DNA of 62,998 nucleotides, counting the filler, from Octopus bimaculoides (taxonomy: Eukaryota): NCBI RefSeq assembly GCF_001194135.2. It is 5 parts of 5 records of this genome, joined end to end, with 100 filler letters (N's around TTAATTAATTAA, not from the genome) between each part and the next. Parts side by side here need not be neighbours in the genome. Positions count along the whole stretch, not along the records: positions 7,265 to 21,830 come from NC_068994.1; positions 21,931 to 34,688 come from NC_069002.1; 3 more parts are not named here. One strand, 5' to 3'. A program made the position numbers and the translations under genes. Below the pieces are notes generated by a model that was not told the origin of the DNA, did no database searches, and saw only the letters and a list, made by a program, of their open reading frames with translations. Positions 11,997-25,925 of this stretch are shown here, piece after piece; the stretch's first letter is position 1, and every line of letters begins with the position of its first letter.

Positions 11997-12330
11997 GGCG
12001 CATGGCTCAGTGGTTAGAACGTCGGGCTCACAATCATGAGGTAGTGGGTACGATTCCCGGACCGGGCTGTGTGTTGTGTTCTTGAGCAAGACACTTTATT
12101 TCATGTTGCTCCAGTTCATTCAGCTGTAGAAATGAGTTGTGACGCCAAGCTGTATCGGCCTTTGCCTTTCCCTTAGATAACGTTGGTGGGGTGGAGAGGG
12201 GAGGCTGATATGCACGGGTGACTGCTAGTCTCCATAAACAGCGTTGCCTGCACTTGTGTCTTAGAGACGAACTTTCTAAATGCAATCCCATGGTCGTTCA
12301 TGACCGAAGGGTATCTTTACCCTTTTGCCC
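11995..12330 (+). mobile_element. tRNA-derived SINE (family D)
   Basis: GGCGCATGGCTCAGTGGTTAGAACGTCGGGCTC...GGTACGATTCCCGG (A/B boxes), then TTCTTGAGCAAGACACTTTATTTC. Confidence 0.75.
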
Positions 12331-12520
12331 TTTATATAGAAGATATGAGAAGCTTTCGACAGAATGACTCAAGCTAATAGATTTGTGTTTTGAGAACTCA
12401 AATAGGTGTGCCACCAAAATTCCAGTTAGAACAGTAGTTAAAGTTGTGGCTATGTGATTATCTTGTTCAAAAACGGCTGGAGGTGGCATTCCTTTGAGTC
12501 GTTAGGTACATGTTAAAGTA

Positions 12521-12773
12521 TGGAGGAAAGGCAAACAATTAGGCACTACAGAACAAGGACATTTAATTTAATTTAATTCACACTAAATTTAGCTGTTGAT
12601 TCCGTTCTGTCAACCTCTTCAAGCTTGTAGACCAGCCTTCAATACTGGCTATTGATGGTATTAAGGACAGATATCGGGACTGTTTTGTGTGACGTATGCA
12701 GGTCTTTTCTAGATTGAATTAAATGAAATTAAACATCCTTGTCCTGCATTGGCTAATTGTTTGTCTTTCCTCA
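12521..12773. mobile_element. Old MITE with about 60-bp imperfect TIRs, TA-flanked
   Basis: AAAGGCAAACAATTAGGCACTACAGAACAAGGACATTTAATTT versus the right arm reverse-complemented, AAAGACAAACAATTAGCCAATGCAGGACAAGGATGTTTAATTT. Confidence 0.55.
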
Positions 12774-12787
12774 CTACTTTACCTATA

Positions 12788-12900
<113 letters not shown>

Positions 12901-12979
12901 GTATATGTGTATGTATGTATGTATGTATGTATGTATGTATGCATGTATATATAGATACGGAATATAAAGCTAAATTTAA

Positions 12980-13046
<67 letters not shown>

Positions 13047-13545
13047 CGGATATACATATATAGATAGACAAAAGCACATACACACACATATATATTCACT
13101 CTCATCACCGCCATCCCTACCATTACGAACACTGACACTACTCCTATCACAATAACCTTCCGATCATTACCACTATTACATCGCACACCCATTCCAGCCA
13201 TCTCACCCGCATTCATTTAGCCACCCACCCACACACTTACACACACACACACACACAGAAGTATGCATACACACACACACAAAGAGGCATGCACACACAT
13301 ACACACACACACACTGCAGACACTCAGACCCATTCGTAAGTCATTAAGACTTCAACATTTGGTTATGATGGAATTATTATATGGAAGAGACAGGTCCTGT
13401 GACGCCGCTTTTACGCACGCACGCACACACACATACATATACACACACATACATATACACACACATACATATACACACACATACACACACACAGTGATAA
13501 AGATAGACACCCCGCATACTTGCATGTATGAGGTGTTTGTAAGTG

Positions 13546-13595
<50 letters not shown>

Positions 13596-13826
13596 CATAC
13601 ATGTATACACATGCATGTACATACACACGTACGCACACACATCGTTTTTGTATCTAGTTTGCAAGTTTCTTTACGTGATTTCGTGATAAATGTGTGTGTA
13701 TATATATATATATACATATGCATATAAACATACATATATTTATATGTGAATACATATTATGCATACATATATACATACATTTACATATAAGTATATATAC
13801 ATATCTATAAATATACATATATATAC

Positions 13827-13877
<51 letters not shown>

Positions 13878-14003
13878 GGAATATATGTATGTATGTGTGT
13901 GTGCGTGTGTATATCAATATATATGTATGTGTGTGTGTGTGTGTGTATTTATATAAGTATATATAAGCACACATACTGCTTACGCTTACATATGCGCAAC
14001 TAT

Positions 14004-14045
<42 letters not shown>

Positions 14046-14199
14046 TCATTCCGTTCCCATGTATTTACCTCTTTTCGATTGGCGCCGACACAAACACCTC
14101 CAACTACCCGCGCTGTTTTATGCACTTGTTCTTATTATTGCCATTATTTCTGGTGATTTTCTCACCGTCATTGCTGTAGCAGCAGCAGCAGCAGCAGTG

Positions 14200-14252
<53 letters not shown>

Positions 14253-14385
14253 TGTTGTTGTTGTTGTTGTTGATGTTCTTGTTCTTCTCTGTGTGGTCCC
14301 TATTTTCCCCCATTATCAGCCGTCACTTTTCTACCTACCGTCTACTACCCCTAACTCTGGACCCTCTTTTAGCCAATAAAGATGC

Positions 14386-14443
<58 letters not shown>

Positions 14444-14536
14444 GTTATTGTTGTTGTTGTTGTTGTTGTTGTTATTCTTGTTGTTGTTGATGTTGTTGTT
14501 GTTGTCCTTCTTCTTCTACTTCTTTTTTTTCTTCTT

Positions 14537-14567
<31 letters not shown>

Positions 14568-14984
14568 TTATTATTATTATTATTATTATTATAGCCCTTG
14601 TGGGCAATAAAACGAATTAATTATTATTATTATTATTATTATTATTATGACAAAGACATTGTCATCATGAAAATGCTTGTGGAATTTGCCAGAAACGATG
14701 AAGTGTCCAGTATAATGTCACCAATTTAGTTTTAAGTCTCCCTTTTTACCTTCAGTTCAGTTTAAATCTCGCCGAGGTCCATTCCAACAATCTCTCTTTC
14801 GAAAACTGAAAATATAAAATAATGCTCCGTCGATATCTTTGGTATATTCTTCCCACCTCTTCAGACCATTGAAACCAAAAATGGTATCCTTGTGTTGTCA
14901 GTGACGTCATCATCGTCGTCATAGACGTCGTTGTCGTTGTTGTTGGTGTTGTTGTTGTTGTTATTGTTGTTGTTGTTATTCATT

Positions 14985-15496
<512 letters not shown>

Positions 15497-15554
15497 ATCA
15501 TCGTCATTATTGTTATTAAGCAGCGAGGAGACAGAATACAAGTACTGTACTTGG

Positions 15555-15632
15555 GATTCCGCGCCTCTTTGAGAGCGTTATGGAGCTCACGAGGAGGCGA
15601 AAAAATGCCAGGGTGATACATCTGGAGCACTA
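15555..15632 (-). pseudogene. Possible mariner transposase C-terminal remnant
   Basis: Minus strand gives APDVSP..HFF.PRELHNALKEAR with a frameshift, loosely like YSPDLAPxDxxLFxxLKxxLKGxR. Short and next to a gap. Confidence 0.3.
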
Positions 15633-16553
15633 GTTGTTTAGAGTGNNNNNNNNNNNNNNNNNNNNNNNNNNNNNNNNNNNNNNNNNNNNNNNNNNNNNNN
15701 NNNNNNNNNNNNNNNNNNNNNNNNNNNNNNNNNNNNNNNNNNNNNNNNNNNNNNNNNNNNNNNNNNNNNNNNNNNNNNNNNNNNNNNNNNNNNNNNNNNN
15801 NNNNNNNNNNNNNNNNNNNNNNNNNNNNNNNNNNNNNNNNNNNNNNNNNNNNNNNNNNNNNNNNNNNNNNNNNNNNNNNNNNNNNNNNNNNNNNNNNNNN
15901 NNNNNNNNNNNNNNNNNNNNNNNNNNNNNNNNNNNNNNNNNNNNNNNNNNNNNNNNNNNNNNNNNNNNNNNNNNNNNNNNNNNNNNNNNNNNNNNNNNNN
16001 NNNNNNNNNNNNNNNNNNNNNNNNNNNNNNNNNNNNNNNNNNNNNNNNNNNNNNNNNNNNNNNNNNNNNNNNNNNNNNNNNNNNNNNNNNNNNNNNNNNN
16101 NNNNNNNNNNNNNNNNNNNNNNNNNNNNNNNNNNNNNNNNNNNNNNNNNNNNNNNNNNNNNNNNNNNNNNNNNNNNNNNNNNNNNNNNNNNNNNNNNNNN
16201 NNNNNNNNNNNNNNNNNNNNNNNNNNNNNNNNNNNNNNNNNNNNNNNNNNNNNNNNNNNNNNNNNNNNNNNNNNNNNNNNNNNNNNNNNNNNNNNNNNNN
16301 NNNNNNNNNNNNNNNNNNNNNNNNNNNNNNNNNNNNNNNNNNNNNNNNNNNNNNNNNNNNNNNNNNNNNNNNNNNNNNNNNNNNNNNNNNNNNNNNNNNN
16401 NNNNNNNNNNNNNNNNNNNNNNNNNNNNNNNNNNNNNNNNNNNNNNNNNNNNNNNNNNNNNNNNNNNNNNNNNNNNNNNNNNNNNNNNNNNNNNNNNNNN
16501 NNNNNNNNNNNNNNNNNNNNNNNNNNNNNNNNNNNNNNNNNNNNNNNNNNNNN

Positions 16554-16602
<49 letters not shown>

Positions 16603-17014
16603 TCATTGTCATCATAATCAGCAATTACGAGAAGACTGCATTCGTCATTGTCATTATAAAGATTGCGATGGTTGCGATTTATTAAATGTTAGACGATGAC
16701 AAGTATGACGGCTGTTTGAGTGTGGGGAGATGAGTGCAGTGCTGACGGCGATGATGATGATGATGATGATGATGATGACGACGACCCCGACCATGACCAC
16801 GATGATGATGATGATGATGATGATGATAATGATGACGGTGATTGTAGAATCAGTCCCCTGTTACGAATTATCTTGACGGCCATTATAAAAGTTCCTTTCT
16901 TATTAACCCTGTCACTTATCATTATCACCACCATCGCCATAGTCGTCATCGTCGTCATCATCATCATCATCGTCATCATATATTCATCATCATCACCATC
17001 TTTATTATTATTAG

Positions 17015-17900
17015 CGGCGGATGAAATGCTTAGCGATATTTCGTTTGTCTGTACGTTCTGAGTTCAAATTCCATCAAGGTCGACTTTCATCCTTTCAGGG
17101 TCGATGAAAATAAGTACCCGTTGAGCACTAGGATCGATATATTCGGGTAGTCCCAACTCCTCCAAATTTCGAATTCCAAGCTCTGTGCCTTTGATATAAA
17201 GAATTACTCTCATTATTATAAAGATAGGGCGGCGAGCTGGCAGAATCGTTAGCACGCCGGGCGAAATACTTAGCGGTATTTCGTCTGCCGTTACGTTATG
17301 AGTTCAAATTCCTCCGAAGTCGACCTTGCCTTTCATCCTTTCGGGGTCGATACATTAAGTACCAGTTACGCACTGGGGTCGATGTAGTCGACTTAATCCC
17401 TTTGTCTGTCCTTGTTTGTCCCCTCTATGTTTAGCCCCTTGTGGGCAATAAAGAAATAAGAATCGTTAGTACGCCAAGCAAAATGCTTTGTGACATTTCG
17501 TCCGTCAAGTTCTGAGTTCAAATTCCACTGTGATCGACTTTTCCCTTCATCCTTTCCGGGTCGATAAAATAAGTACCAGTTGATCATTGGAGTCGATGTA
17601 ATCCCACTGTTTGAGATTACTGGCCTTGTACCAAAATATGAAATTATTATTACTATTGAGTGAGAAAGCAGTGCATGTCATCAAAGTGACACTGGGGTAA
17701 AATATACGAAGCCTAGAATACCTATCCCTTAGCGGTATTTCGCCCTTCGCTACGATCTGAGTTCAAATTCCGCCGAGGTCGGCTTTGCCTTTCATCGTTT
17801 CGGGGTCGATTAAATGGGAACCAGTTATACACTGGGGTCCATGTAATCGACTTAATCTCCTCCCCCAAGCTGCCCTTGTGGTAAAAATTTGAAATTATTA
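17015..17900 (+). mobile_element. Head-to-tail cluster of four family A SINEs
   Basis: Copies begin near 17015, 17227, 17460 and 17728. A fragment of another repeat (17660-17725) lies between the last two. Confidence 0.85.
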
Positions 17901-18038
17901 TTATTATTATTCAGTAGTTTTATTTTTATAACGTGATTTCACTTTACTACCGAGCGCAGCTCTGTGTGCCTTAGGTATGTGCTGTGGTTTGCTGTGATGC
18001 TATTATTATTATTATTATCATCATTTTAAATTGAACAG

Positions 18039-18180
18039 GTTACGAGCGACTCCATTCTAAAGAATGCCTTTCCGAAATGCTGTGCCCTCGACGTTGCAGT
18101 TGCATCGAAGGAGTCATAGATTGCCGGGGCCAGGAACTAAAAGTCATCCCTGATTTCATTCCAGAAAGTACAACTGACCT
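18039..18180 (+). CDS. slit: Slit coding exon (142 bp): D1-D2 linker and LRRNT of D2
   Basis: CAG at 18036-38, GTAAGT at 18181. Translates (G)YERLHSKECLSEMLCPRRCSCIEGVIDCRGQELKVIPDFIPESTTD(L), with the CPxxCxC..VIDC LRRNT motif. Phase 1 in matches the preceding exon. Confidence 0.95.
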
Positions 18181-18683
18181 GTAAGTGATACCAGTAACAG
18201 CATTACATGTGTGAATAGCTTAGTAATCCTTTGTTACATTGACAGTCGTTGAGCCATCAGTTAAGTCACGGTCTTCTTCTGGTTCATAGACGGATTCATT
18301 GAAGTAAGCATTCTCCTTGTTCTTTCGCCTATTAACAACAACAAAAGGCAGTAGATGTCGTTGGATAATCAGTAATAAAAAGAGCTGAATATTAATATAT
18401 ATTTTTTCAGATTTCCCTTAGGCGTGTACTTCATTCAAAAGCTCCGTGAAAGCTATAAGGTGATGCAGAAGCACTAAGTTTTGAGTACTCTGCATCTTAT
18501 AGCAGAAACAGTAGTAAGCTAATGAAGTTGATTACGGAATTTCTGTTTCTTCGTCATTTCTTTAATACCAATATCAATATATGTGTGCATACAGATATTT
18601 GCATATATGCATGTGTGTGTATGTTTGTATATGTATATACATATATATACGTATGTTTGTATGCATGTATGTATATATATATA

Positions 18684-18810
18684 CAGGGCGTCCACAAAGT
18701 CTGGGTACATAGGGATTAACACATACTTTAAGAAATTATTATTTCTTATATTTAATTGTTTATGTTACGATTTTATTTACTCCATGTACCCAGACCTTGT
18801 GGACACACTG
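18684..18810. mobile_element. 127-bp Tc1/mariner-type MITE; a second copy starts at 18823
   Basis: TA|CAGGGCGTCCACAAAGTCTGGGTACAT ... ATGTACCCAGACCTTGTGGACACACTG|TA. Confidence 0.85.
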
Positions 18811-19385
18811 TATATATATATACAGGGCGTCCACAAAGTCNNNNNNNNNNNNNNNNNNNNNNNNNNNNNNNNNNNNNNNNNNNNNNNNNNNNNNNNNNNN
18901 NNNNNNNNNNNNNNNNNNNNNNNNNNNNNNNNNNNNNNNNNNNNNNNNNNNNNNNNNNNNNNNNNNNNNNNNNNNNNNNNNNNNNNNNNNNNNNNNNNNN
19001 NNNNNNNNNNNNNNNNNNNNNNNNNNNNNNNNNNNNNNNNNNNNNNNNATGTACAGAAAATAAAATGCATTTGTAGCGTGGAAGGTGTTTATAATCATTT
19101 AAAACACACAAAACTGTTAGATTCATAAACACCTTCCACGCTGTAATGGTTCTTGTTTTAGCACACGATCTCAGATCAAGTCACTTGCTATGCAAGTACA
19201 TCTCCGAAATTAAAATACTTTGAGGGAAAGTATTTATATTTTTTTAATCAAAAATGCTACCGGTTTACAATAATCAATTTTATTTAATTACAAATTTACA
19301 TAATCAGTTTAATTAACAACAGAATAATTTGTTTCTATGCTAGAAAACATTTTATTAACCTAAATATTTTGGCTTCCATTTTTAG

Positions 19386-19457
19386 TCGTCTTGACGAGAA
19401 TCACATTACACGTATCCCACCAAAGGCCTTCGCTGATTATAAGAACTTACGTCGTAT
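19386..19457 (+). CDS. slit: Slit coding exon (72 bp), first LRR of D2
   Basis: TTTAG at 19381-85, GTAAGT at 19458. Translates RLDENHITRIPPKAFADYKNLRR(I), cf. vertebrate [24 protein letters not shown]. Exactly 72 bp, phase 2-2. Confidence 0.95.
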
Positions 19458-19679
19458 GTAAGTATGAATTACTTTGTCATTACCCCTATAATTCCTTATA
19501 AGGGGTTTCTGAATGGTTGAAAATTAGTTTTGAGCTGTCTCTTTATTCATCCGTCTATCTATCTATGTAGATATCAGTTCATCTATATATCCATCACTGT
19601 GTCTATTTGCTCATGTATACAAGTATATGCGTGTGTGTATATAATTTTATATCAAAAATGTTTCTGTATAGGCGCCACT

Positions 19680-19743
19680 GTAACCTCAGGCCGACCAAAG
19701 ACTTGTGAGTGGATTTGCTAGACAGAAACTGAAAAAAGCCCGT

Positions 19744-19792
<49 letters not shown>
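19680..19792 (+). mobile_element. SINE family B fragment running into (TG)n and a gap
   Basis: CCTCAGGCCGACCAAAGACTTGTGAGTGGATTTG...AAACTGAAAAAAGCCCGTCG(TG)n. Confidence 0.8.
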
Positions 19793-20252
19793 NNNNNNNN
19801 NNNNNNNNNNNNNNNNNNNNNNNNNNNNNNNNNNNNNNNNNNNNNNNNNNNNNNNNNNNNNNNNNNNNNNNNNNNNNNNNNNNNNNNNNNNNNNNNNNNN
19901 NNNNNNNNNNNNNNNNNNNNNNNNNNNNNNNNNNNNNNNNNNNNNNNNNNNNNNNNNNNNNNNNNNNNNNNNNNNNNNNNNNNNNNNNNNNNNNNNNNNN
20001 NNNNNNNNNNNNNNNNNNNNNNNNNNNNNNNNNNNNNNNNNNNNNNNNNNNNNNNNNNNNNNNNNNNNNNNNNNNNNNNNNNNNNNNNNNNNNNNNNNNN
20101 NNNNNNNNNNNNNNNNNNNNNNNNNNNNNNNNNNNNNNNNNNNNNNNNNNNAGAGTAGTACAAACTTGTAATTTAGCCTGGCTCACTCCAACTTTTACAT
20201 CTTTTTTAAGACAGTCTTCAAACAGTTTTCAAACATCATGTCCGTTAATCAA

Positions 20253-20690
20253 GAGCGGTGAGCTGGCAGAAACGTTAGCACGCCGGGCGAAATGCTTAGC
20301 GGTAATTCGTCTGCCGCTACGTTCTGGGTCCAAATTCCGCCGAGGTCGACTTTGCCTTTCATCTTTTCGGAGGGTTAATAAATTAAGTACCAGTTACGCA
20401 CTGGGGTAAATGTAATCGACTTAATCCCTTTGTCTGGCCTTATTTGTCCCCTCTATGTTTAGCCTTTTGTAGGAAATAAAGAAATAAGAATCGTTAGCTG
20501 GACGAAATGCTTAGCAGTATTTCGCCCGTCGCTACGTTCTGCGTTCAAATTCAGCCGCGGTCGACTTTGCCTTTCATCCTTTCGGGATTGGTAAAATAAG
20601 TACCAGTGAAACATTGAGGTCGACGTAATCGACTTGTCCCTTGTCCCCAAATATCAGGCCTTATGCCTATAGTAGAAAGGATTATGTCCG
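20253..20690 (+). mobile_element. Two tandem family A SINEs
   Basis: Full copy at 20253-20490, second copy at 20490-20690. Confidence 0.85.
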
Positions 20691-21509
20691 TTAATCAGCA
20701 TAAAACTTAATCAGTTGTAAAATATCGCTTTCTGTTTTAACGTTATAGGTAATCACAGGTGCACAGTTCTCGATGTATAAAAATGAGTCATCTCCATTTA
20801 ACTGTGTATTATTAAGCTGCTCATAATGGGCAGGTGAATAAACATAGCTCATGTTTATATCACGAGATCTCTACTCTTGTGATTTGCCACAATGCTAAAA
20901 TGGAAATCAATATATACTCTTTTTTTTTTTTACTTATTCATATGTTTTTGACGATTGTTTTAAGCTTAAAGCAATCTATTTGTAGTCATTAGTTTGTATT
21001 ACTTAATATATTCAACTCTACAATTTGTAAAAGCGCTAGATTATCTGACAAACGTAAGCCTTTCTGAATATTGCGCTACTTCGCCCGCCATCTTGTATAT
21101 AGCTCACAAACAGATCAACGATTCTAAACTATGACGAAAACAACATACAATTCTCGCTGGCAAGAGCAAAGTTTTTAAAACACATGACGAAGTTCGAAGA
21201 ATTGTTTTGGCACAGCTATTGACATTTTCCATTCAAAGAGTTTTAACCCCATATTCACATGCTAGTATATAGACTGTATAGCTTTATTTGCTTCAAATTC
21301 CACCTGTAAAAACGATTTATTTCACGTATCTCGAAGTATCTTAAAAATATATAATATATGTACAGTATATATACTAATATATATGCGTATATATTATATG
21401 TATAATGTACGTATATAGATATACATGTGTATGTCTGTATGCAAAAACAATGAAAAATATTTTTGTCATTTCACTTGTACTAAATCTTAATTCTTTCCTT
21501 TTCTTGCAG

Positions 21510-21581
21510 CGACTTGGGCAACAATCAAATATCATTTGTAGCCTCAGACGCCTTTGCTGGCTTAACTTCACTAAACTCATT
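21510..21581 (+). CDS. slit: Slit coding exon (72 bp), second LRR of D2
   Basis: Pyrimidine tract plus TGCAG ending at 21509, GTAAGT at 21582. Translates DLGNNQISFVASDAFAGLTSLNS(L), cf. vertebrate [24 protein letters not shown]. 72 bp, phase 2-2. Confidence 0.95.
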
Positions 21582-22773
21582 GTAAGTATGCGTCCATATA
21601 CTGATATACAAATGTATGCGTACGTGTGTATATGCATACATATATAAATACATATATATATGTATGTATACATGCACTTATACACCTACGTGCAATGCAT
21701 TATCTATAGACACAAATGCATATAACCATATGTGCATGTGTCCATGTACATTATATATATATATATATATCAGCATGTCTTCACCACTACAGTCTTACCA
21801 GTTTTTCATTTTTCTGAATATTGCGCTTCTNNNNNNNNNNNNNNNNNNNNNNNNNNNNNNNNNNNNNNNNNNNNTTAATTAATTAANNNNNNNNNNNNNN
21901 NNNNNNNNNNNNNNNNNNNNNNNNNNNNNNGCATTCATAAACGCTAATTACACGCTCAGTCATGCTCTAATGACGTTTAGATTGATTGAGGCATTTTCTT
22001 CTTTCTCTCTCTCCCTCCCCTCCCCCCTCTCCTCCTCCGCCGCCTCCCCTCTTTCCTCATTCTCCTCTTCCTCCGTCTCGTCTTCCAGCTTATCCTTCAC
22101 TCTGCCTATCCCCCTTTCCTTCCTCACTCTCTTTTCCTTTTTCTTTCACTACTCTGTATCTCTCTATCTCCATCTCTCTCTCTCTCTCTCTCTCTCATTC
22201 TCTTCTTGTCTCACTCTCACTCTCTTTCCTTCTCTCTTTCTTTCTCTTCTTGTTTCACTTTCACTCTCTTTCTCTCTCTCTGTCTCTGTCTCTCTCTCTC
22301 TCTCTCTCTCTCATTCTCTTCTTGTCTCAATCTCACTCTCTTTCCTTCTCTCTCTTTCTCTCATTCTCTTCTTGTCTCACTCTCTTTCCTTCTCTCTCTC
22401 TCTCATTTTCTTCTTGTCTCACGCTCACTCTCTTTCCTTCTCTGTCTCCCCCCCCCTCTCTCCATTCTTTGAAAAAATATTCTAGAACTGGCAGGTGTCG
22501 TTTCACTTGCTGATAAATAGCAGACAACAACAGCAACAACAACAACAACAACAAGCACAGGTATTTGTACTTTTAGGATAACTATGTGGCTTCTGGGCGT
22601 TCGATCGACTTGTTAGAAAAAGCAGCCAAGACCTTGTTGCTGATGCATTTGACGCTGTTGTAATTTAATGAAGAAATGATGGGAGGTGGAGGTCACGGGA
22701 TGGAACGCGGTGCGATCGGATTTGCTTAATAAAGGCCGCCCTAGGATTAAACAACAAATCGTCACAACCAATT

Positions 22774-22827
<54 letters not shown>

Positions 22828-23623
22828 ACATACTACTACTACTACTACTACTATAGCAAACGATCATGGCAACATCGGTAACAACACAGTTACTAACACC
22901 ACTACTCTCACCACCACCCTCACTACCACCACCACCACCACAACCACCACCACCATCATCATCATCATCACAACCATTATCATCATCACCACCACCACCA
23001 CCACCACCACCACCATCACCGCCACCACCACCACCATCATCATCATCACCACCACCACCAGCATGATCATGATCATGATGATGATGATGATGATCATGAT
23101 CATCATCATCATGGATGAGGTGAACAACGTTAGGGGCAAACGAGAGAACCCGTATGCAATCCCTCGATCTGCTAGAAATAGCTACCAAATGTCCTTCAAA
23201 TTGCATTTCTACCGAAAAAAAAAATCATTGCTTAATGTAGTTAGTTCTAAATTGATTAAGGGGACGGTCATGACTACAATGCCTTTGATCATAGGCGTGG
23301 TTGGTCAGCGTTGACCTTGGGCTAAACAACAATATAACAAAAAAAAATCATCGTTAACAGGAACAGCAACAACAACGACAAAGTGTGTAACAGGTGGAGG
23401 TTGAATTTAAGCAAACATGGAAGTAAAAATGGAGCCGGTTGACAGCTAAGCTATGGGGCATTACGGCCTTATAGCACTGACCGGAACTAGAAGTACTCCA
23501 GCTGTTTGACCCCCTCATTGCCACCGACACTGAGCAAACAAGACAAGGAAACGTTTATAAAGCTTAAGGAAATAGCTACCAAATCTCCCTCAAATTCGCC
23601 CTATTTACTGTCAGTCTGGACAG

Positions 23624-23668
<45 letters not shown>

Positions 23669-23840
23669 CCCTCTCCTCTCTCTCACACACACTCACACAC
23701 ATACCTATTATTTTACCGATTTAATGTCTATTAAGGGGTGTCCCCTTTCACTAATTCATTGATAGCTCCCTGCTGAATTAGCGAAAACAGACTTTGTTTA
23801 CTAAAACATCAAAATCTCTAGAATAATAATAATTCTTTCT

Positions 23841-24068
23841 AAGGCGGCGAGCTGGCAGAATCGTTAGCACGCCGGACGGAATGCTTAGCGGTATTTCGTC
23901 TGTCTTCATGTTCTGAGTTCAAATTCCGCTGAGGTCGACTTTGCCTTTTATCCTTTCGGGGTCTTTAAACTAAGTACCAGTTGCGTACTGGGGTCGAACT
24001 ATTCGACTACCCCGCCCCCCCCCCTCTCCAAACATTTCGGGCCTTGTGCCTAGAGCAGAAAAGAATAA
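23841..24068 (+). mobile_element. SINE family A
   Basis: Near-consensus copy, followed directly by an inverted partial copy at about 24090-24198. Confidence 0.85.
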
Positions 24069-24230
24069 TAGTTCTTTCTATCCTGCTTTACAAAACCTGA
24101 AATTTGAGGGCAGGGGTAAGTCGATTACATCGACCCAGTACTCAACTGGTACTTATTTTATCGACCACGAAAGGATGGAAGGCAAAGTTGACCTCGGCAT
24201 TATATTTGTGTACGTGTATGTGTGTGTATT

Positions 24231-24470
24231 GAAGGCTCGTGGCCTTGTAGTTACGTGCGTTGCACTCGCAATCGTGGTTTCGATTCTCAGACCATGCGGC
24301 GCGTTGCGCCATCCCACTCAGCTCTAAATGGGTATCCTCTTTGTGGTGGTCACCTTCTGATCAGGAGGAACGTTGGTCTGCTCACCTGGCCAGCGGGATG
24401 GCATCTTTCAACTGCTAAAATGCATTGTGACCAGCGATGTATAACAATGTCCGCTAGTCTGATCAGAATC
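24231..24470 (+). mobile_element. Degenerate tRNA-derived SINE
   Basis: GAAGGCTCGTGGCCTTGTAGTT...GTGGTTTCGATTCTCAGACC head. Confidence 0.55.
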
Positions 24471-24609
24471 AATTTAGGTACCAGACAACAATAGTACTGC
24501 ATGATTTCAGACAGCGTGATTTCATTTTTATCTCCCAACATTGATTCGAGCAAGAATCGAAACCGTTAACTTCATTTCGCTGTTGTCATGTTTATTTTCC
24601 TACATTCTA

Positions 24610-24837
24610 TTGGATTATCCGGAAAGTTCGTGCCGATTTTTGAAGGAAAGAAAAAGGTCAATAAATACTTGCCATTACATTTTTAATCAACCAAATATGA
24701 ACCATTTTGTTGCACAATGCGTCTCCATTTTCCCTTTAACTTGAAAATACCCTCTTCCCAGAATTGAGGTGGCTTCATGGCAAATAAGTCGAAAGGTAAG
24801 CTTCAATAAATCGGCATGAACTTTCCGGACAACCCAG
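24610..24837. mobile_element. Mariner-type MITE (228 bp)
   Basis: TA|TTGGATTATCCGGAAAGTTCGTGCCGATTT ... AAATCGGCATGAACTTTCCGGACAACCCAG|TA. Confidence 0.8.
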
Positions 24838-25440
24838 TATATATAACTAAGGAACCTGGAATAAGAAGATGGGTTATGATGTTGGTCCTATAATGTTAGA
24901 ATAATCTGTGTTCAAATGTCAAGGCTGTCTACATTATCTTGCTTTAAAATGTCACATTTACAACCCTTTATGTGGTTGAGATAAGTACCAGTTGAATACT
25001 GGGGCCGATGTAATCGACTTAACTACTCCCGGGTATCAGTATAAAAACTGCATCTATCTGCCGAGCCATGTCGAGCCAGTGGGGGCAGAATAGGCTCATC
25101 AAACCAGTATGATCTGAAGCTCAAATTCATAGCTTCCACTTCAGGCCGTGGCTGGATGGGGAGAACGTGCTGAAGCCTTTGTCTTGCAGTGGACTCCAAT
25201 CCAATGTGGTTGAGAAAGTAGGATATTAGGGCTGGGGGTGAAATGGTAAAAAGACATTAGAACGTTGGCAGGGAATGGTTTGTGGTATTTGCTTGACTCT
25301 AAGTGCATGAAGATCAAATCCGGCCGATGTCAATTTTGACTTTCATCCGTTCAGGGACGATGAGTAAAAAGTGTCAATCCAATCTGGTGGATTGACAGGA
25401 TTAGTGGTGCATCATGTTTCCGTTTTTATTTTTACTTTTG

Positions 25441-25925
25441 TTTACTCTTTTCTTTTTTTCTCTTTTACTTGTTTCAGTCGTTTGACTGCGGCCATGCTGG
25501 AGCACCGCCTTTAGTCGAGCAAATCGACCCCAGGACTTTATTCTTTTTGGAAGCCTAGTACTTATTCTATCGGTCTCTTTTGCCGAACTGCTAAGTTACG
25601 GTGACATAAACACACCACCATCGGTTTTCAAGCGATGTTGGGGGGACAAACACAGACACACAAACATATACACATACATACATACACATATATATACATA
25701 TATACGACAGGCTTCTTTCAGTTTCCGTCTACCAAATCCACTNNNNNNNNNNNNNNNNNNNNNNNNNNNNNNNNNNNNNNNNNNNNNNNNNNNNNNNNNN
25801 NNNNNNNNNNNNNNNNNNNNNNNNNNNNNNNNNNNNNNNNNNNNNNNNNNNNNNNNNNNNNNNNNNNNNNNGGAACCATGTGGTTCGTAAGCAAGCTACT
25901 TACCACACAGCCACTCCTGCGCCTA
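25441..25925 (-). mobile_element. SINE family B, full length, with an internal gap
   Basis: TACTCTTT-type tail at the left, head reverse complement ACCACACAGCCACTCCTGCGCCTA at the right. Confidence 0.9.

Noticed and set aside
11995-12070. tRNA-like sequences with A and B boxes (also 35580-35657, 39080-39159, 45270-45330)
   Set aside because: They continue into SINE bodies with tails and TSDs, and I could not fold a complete cloverleaf, so they are SINE heads and not tRNA genes.
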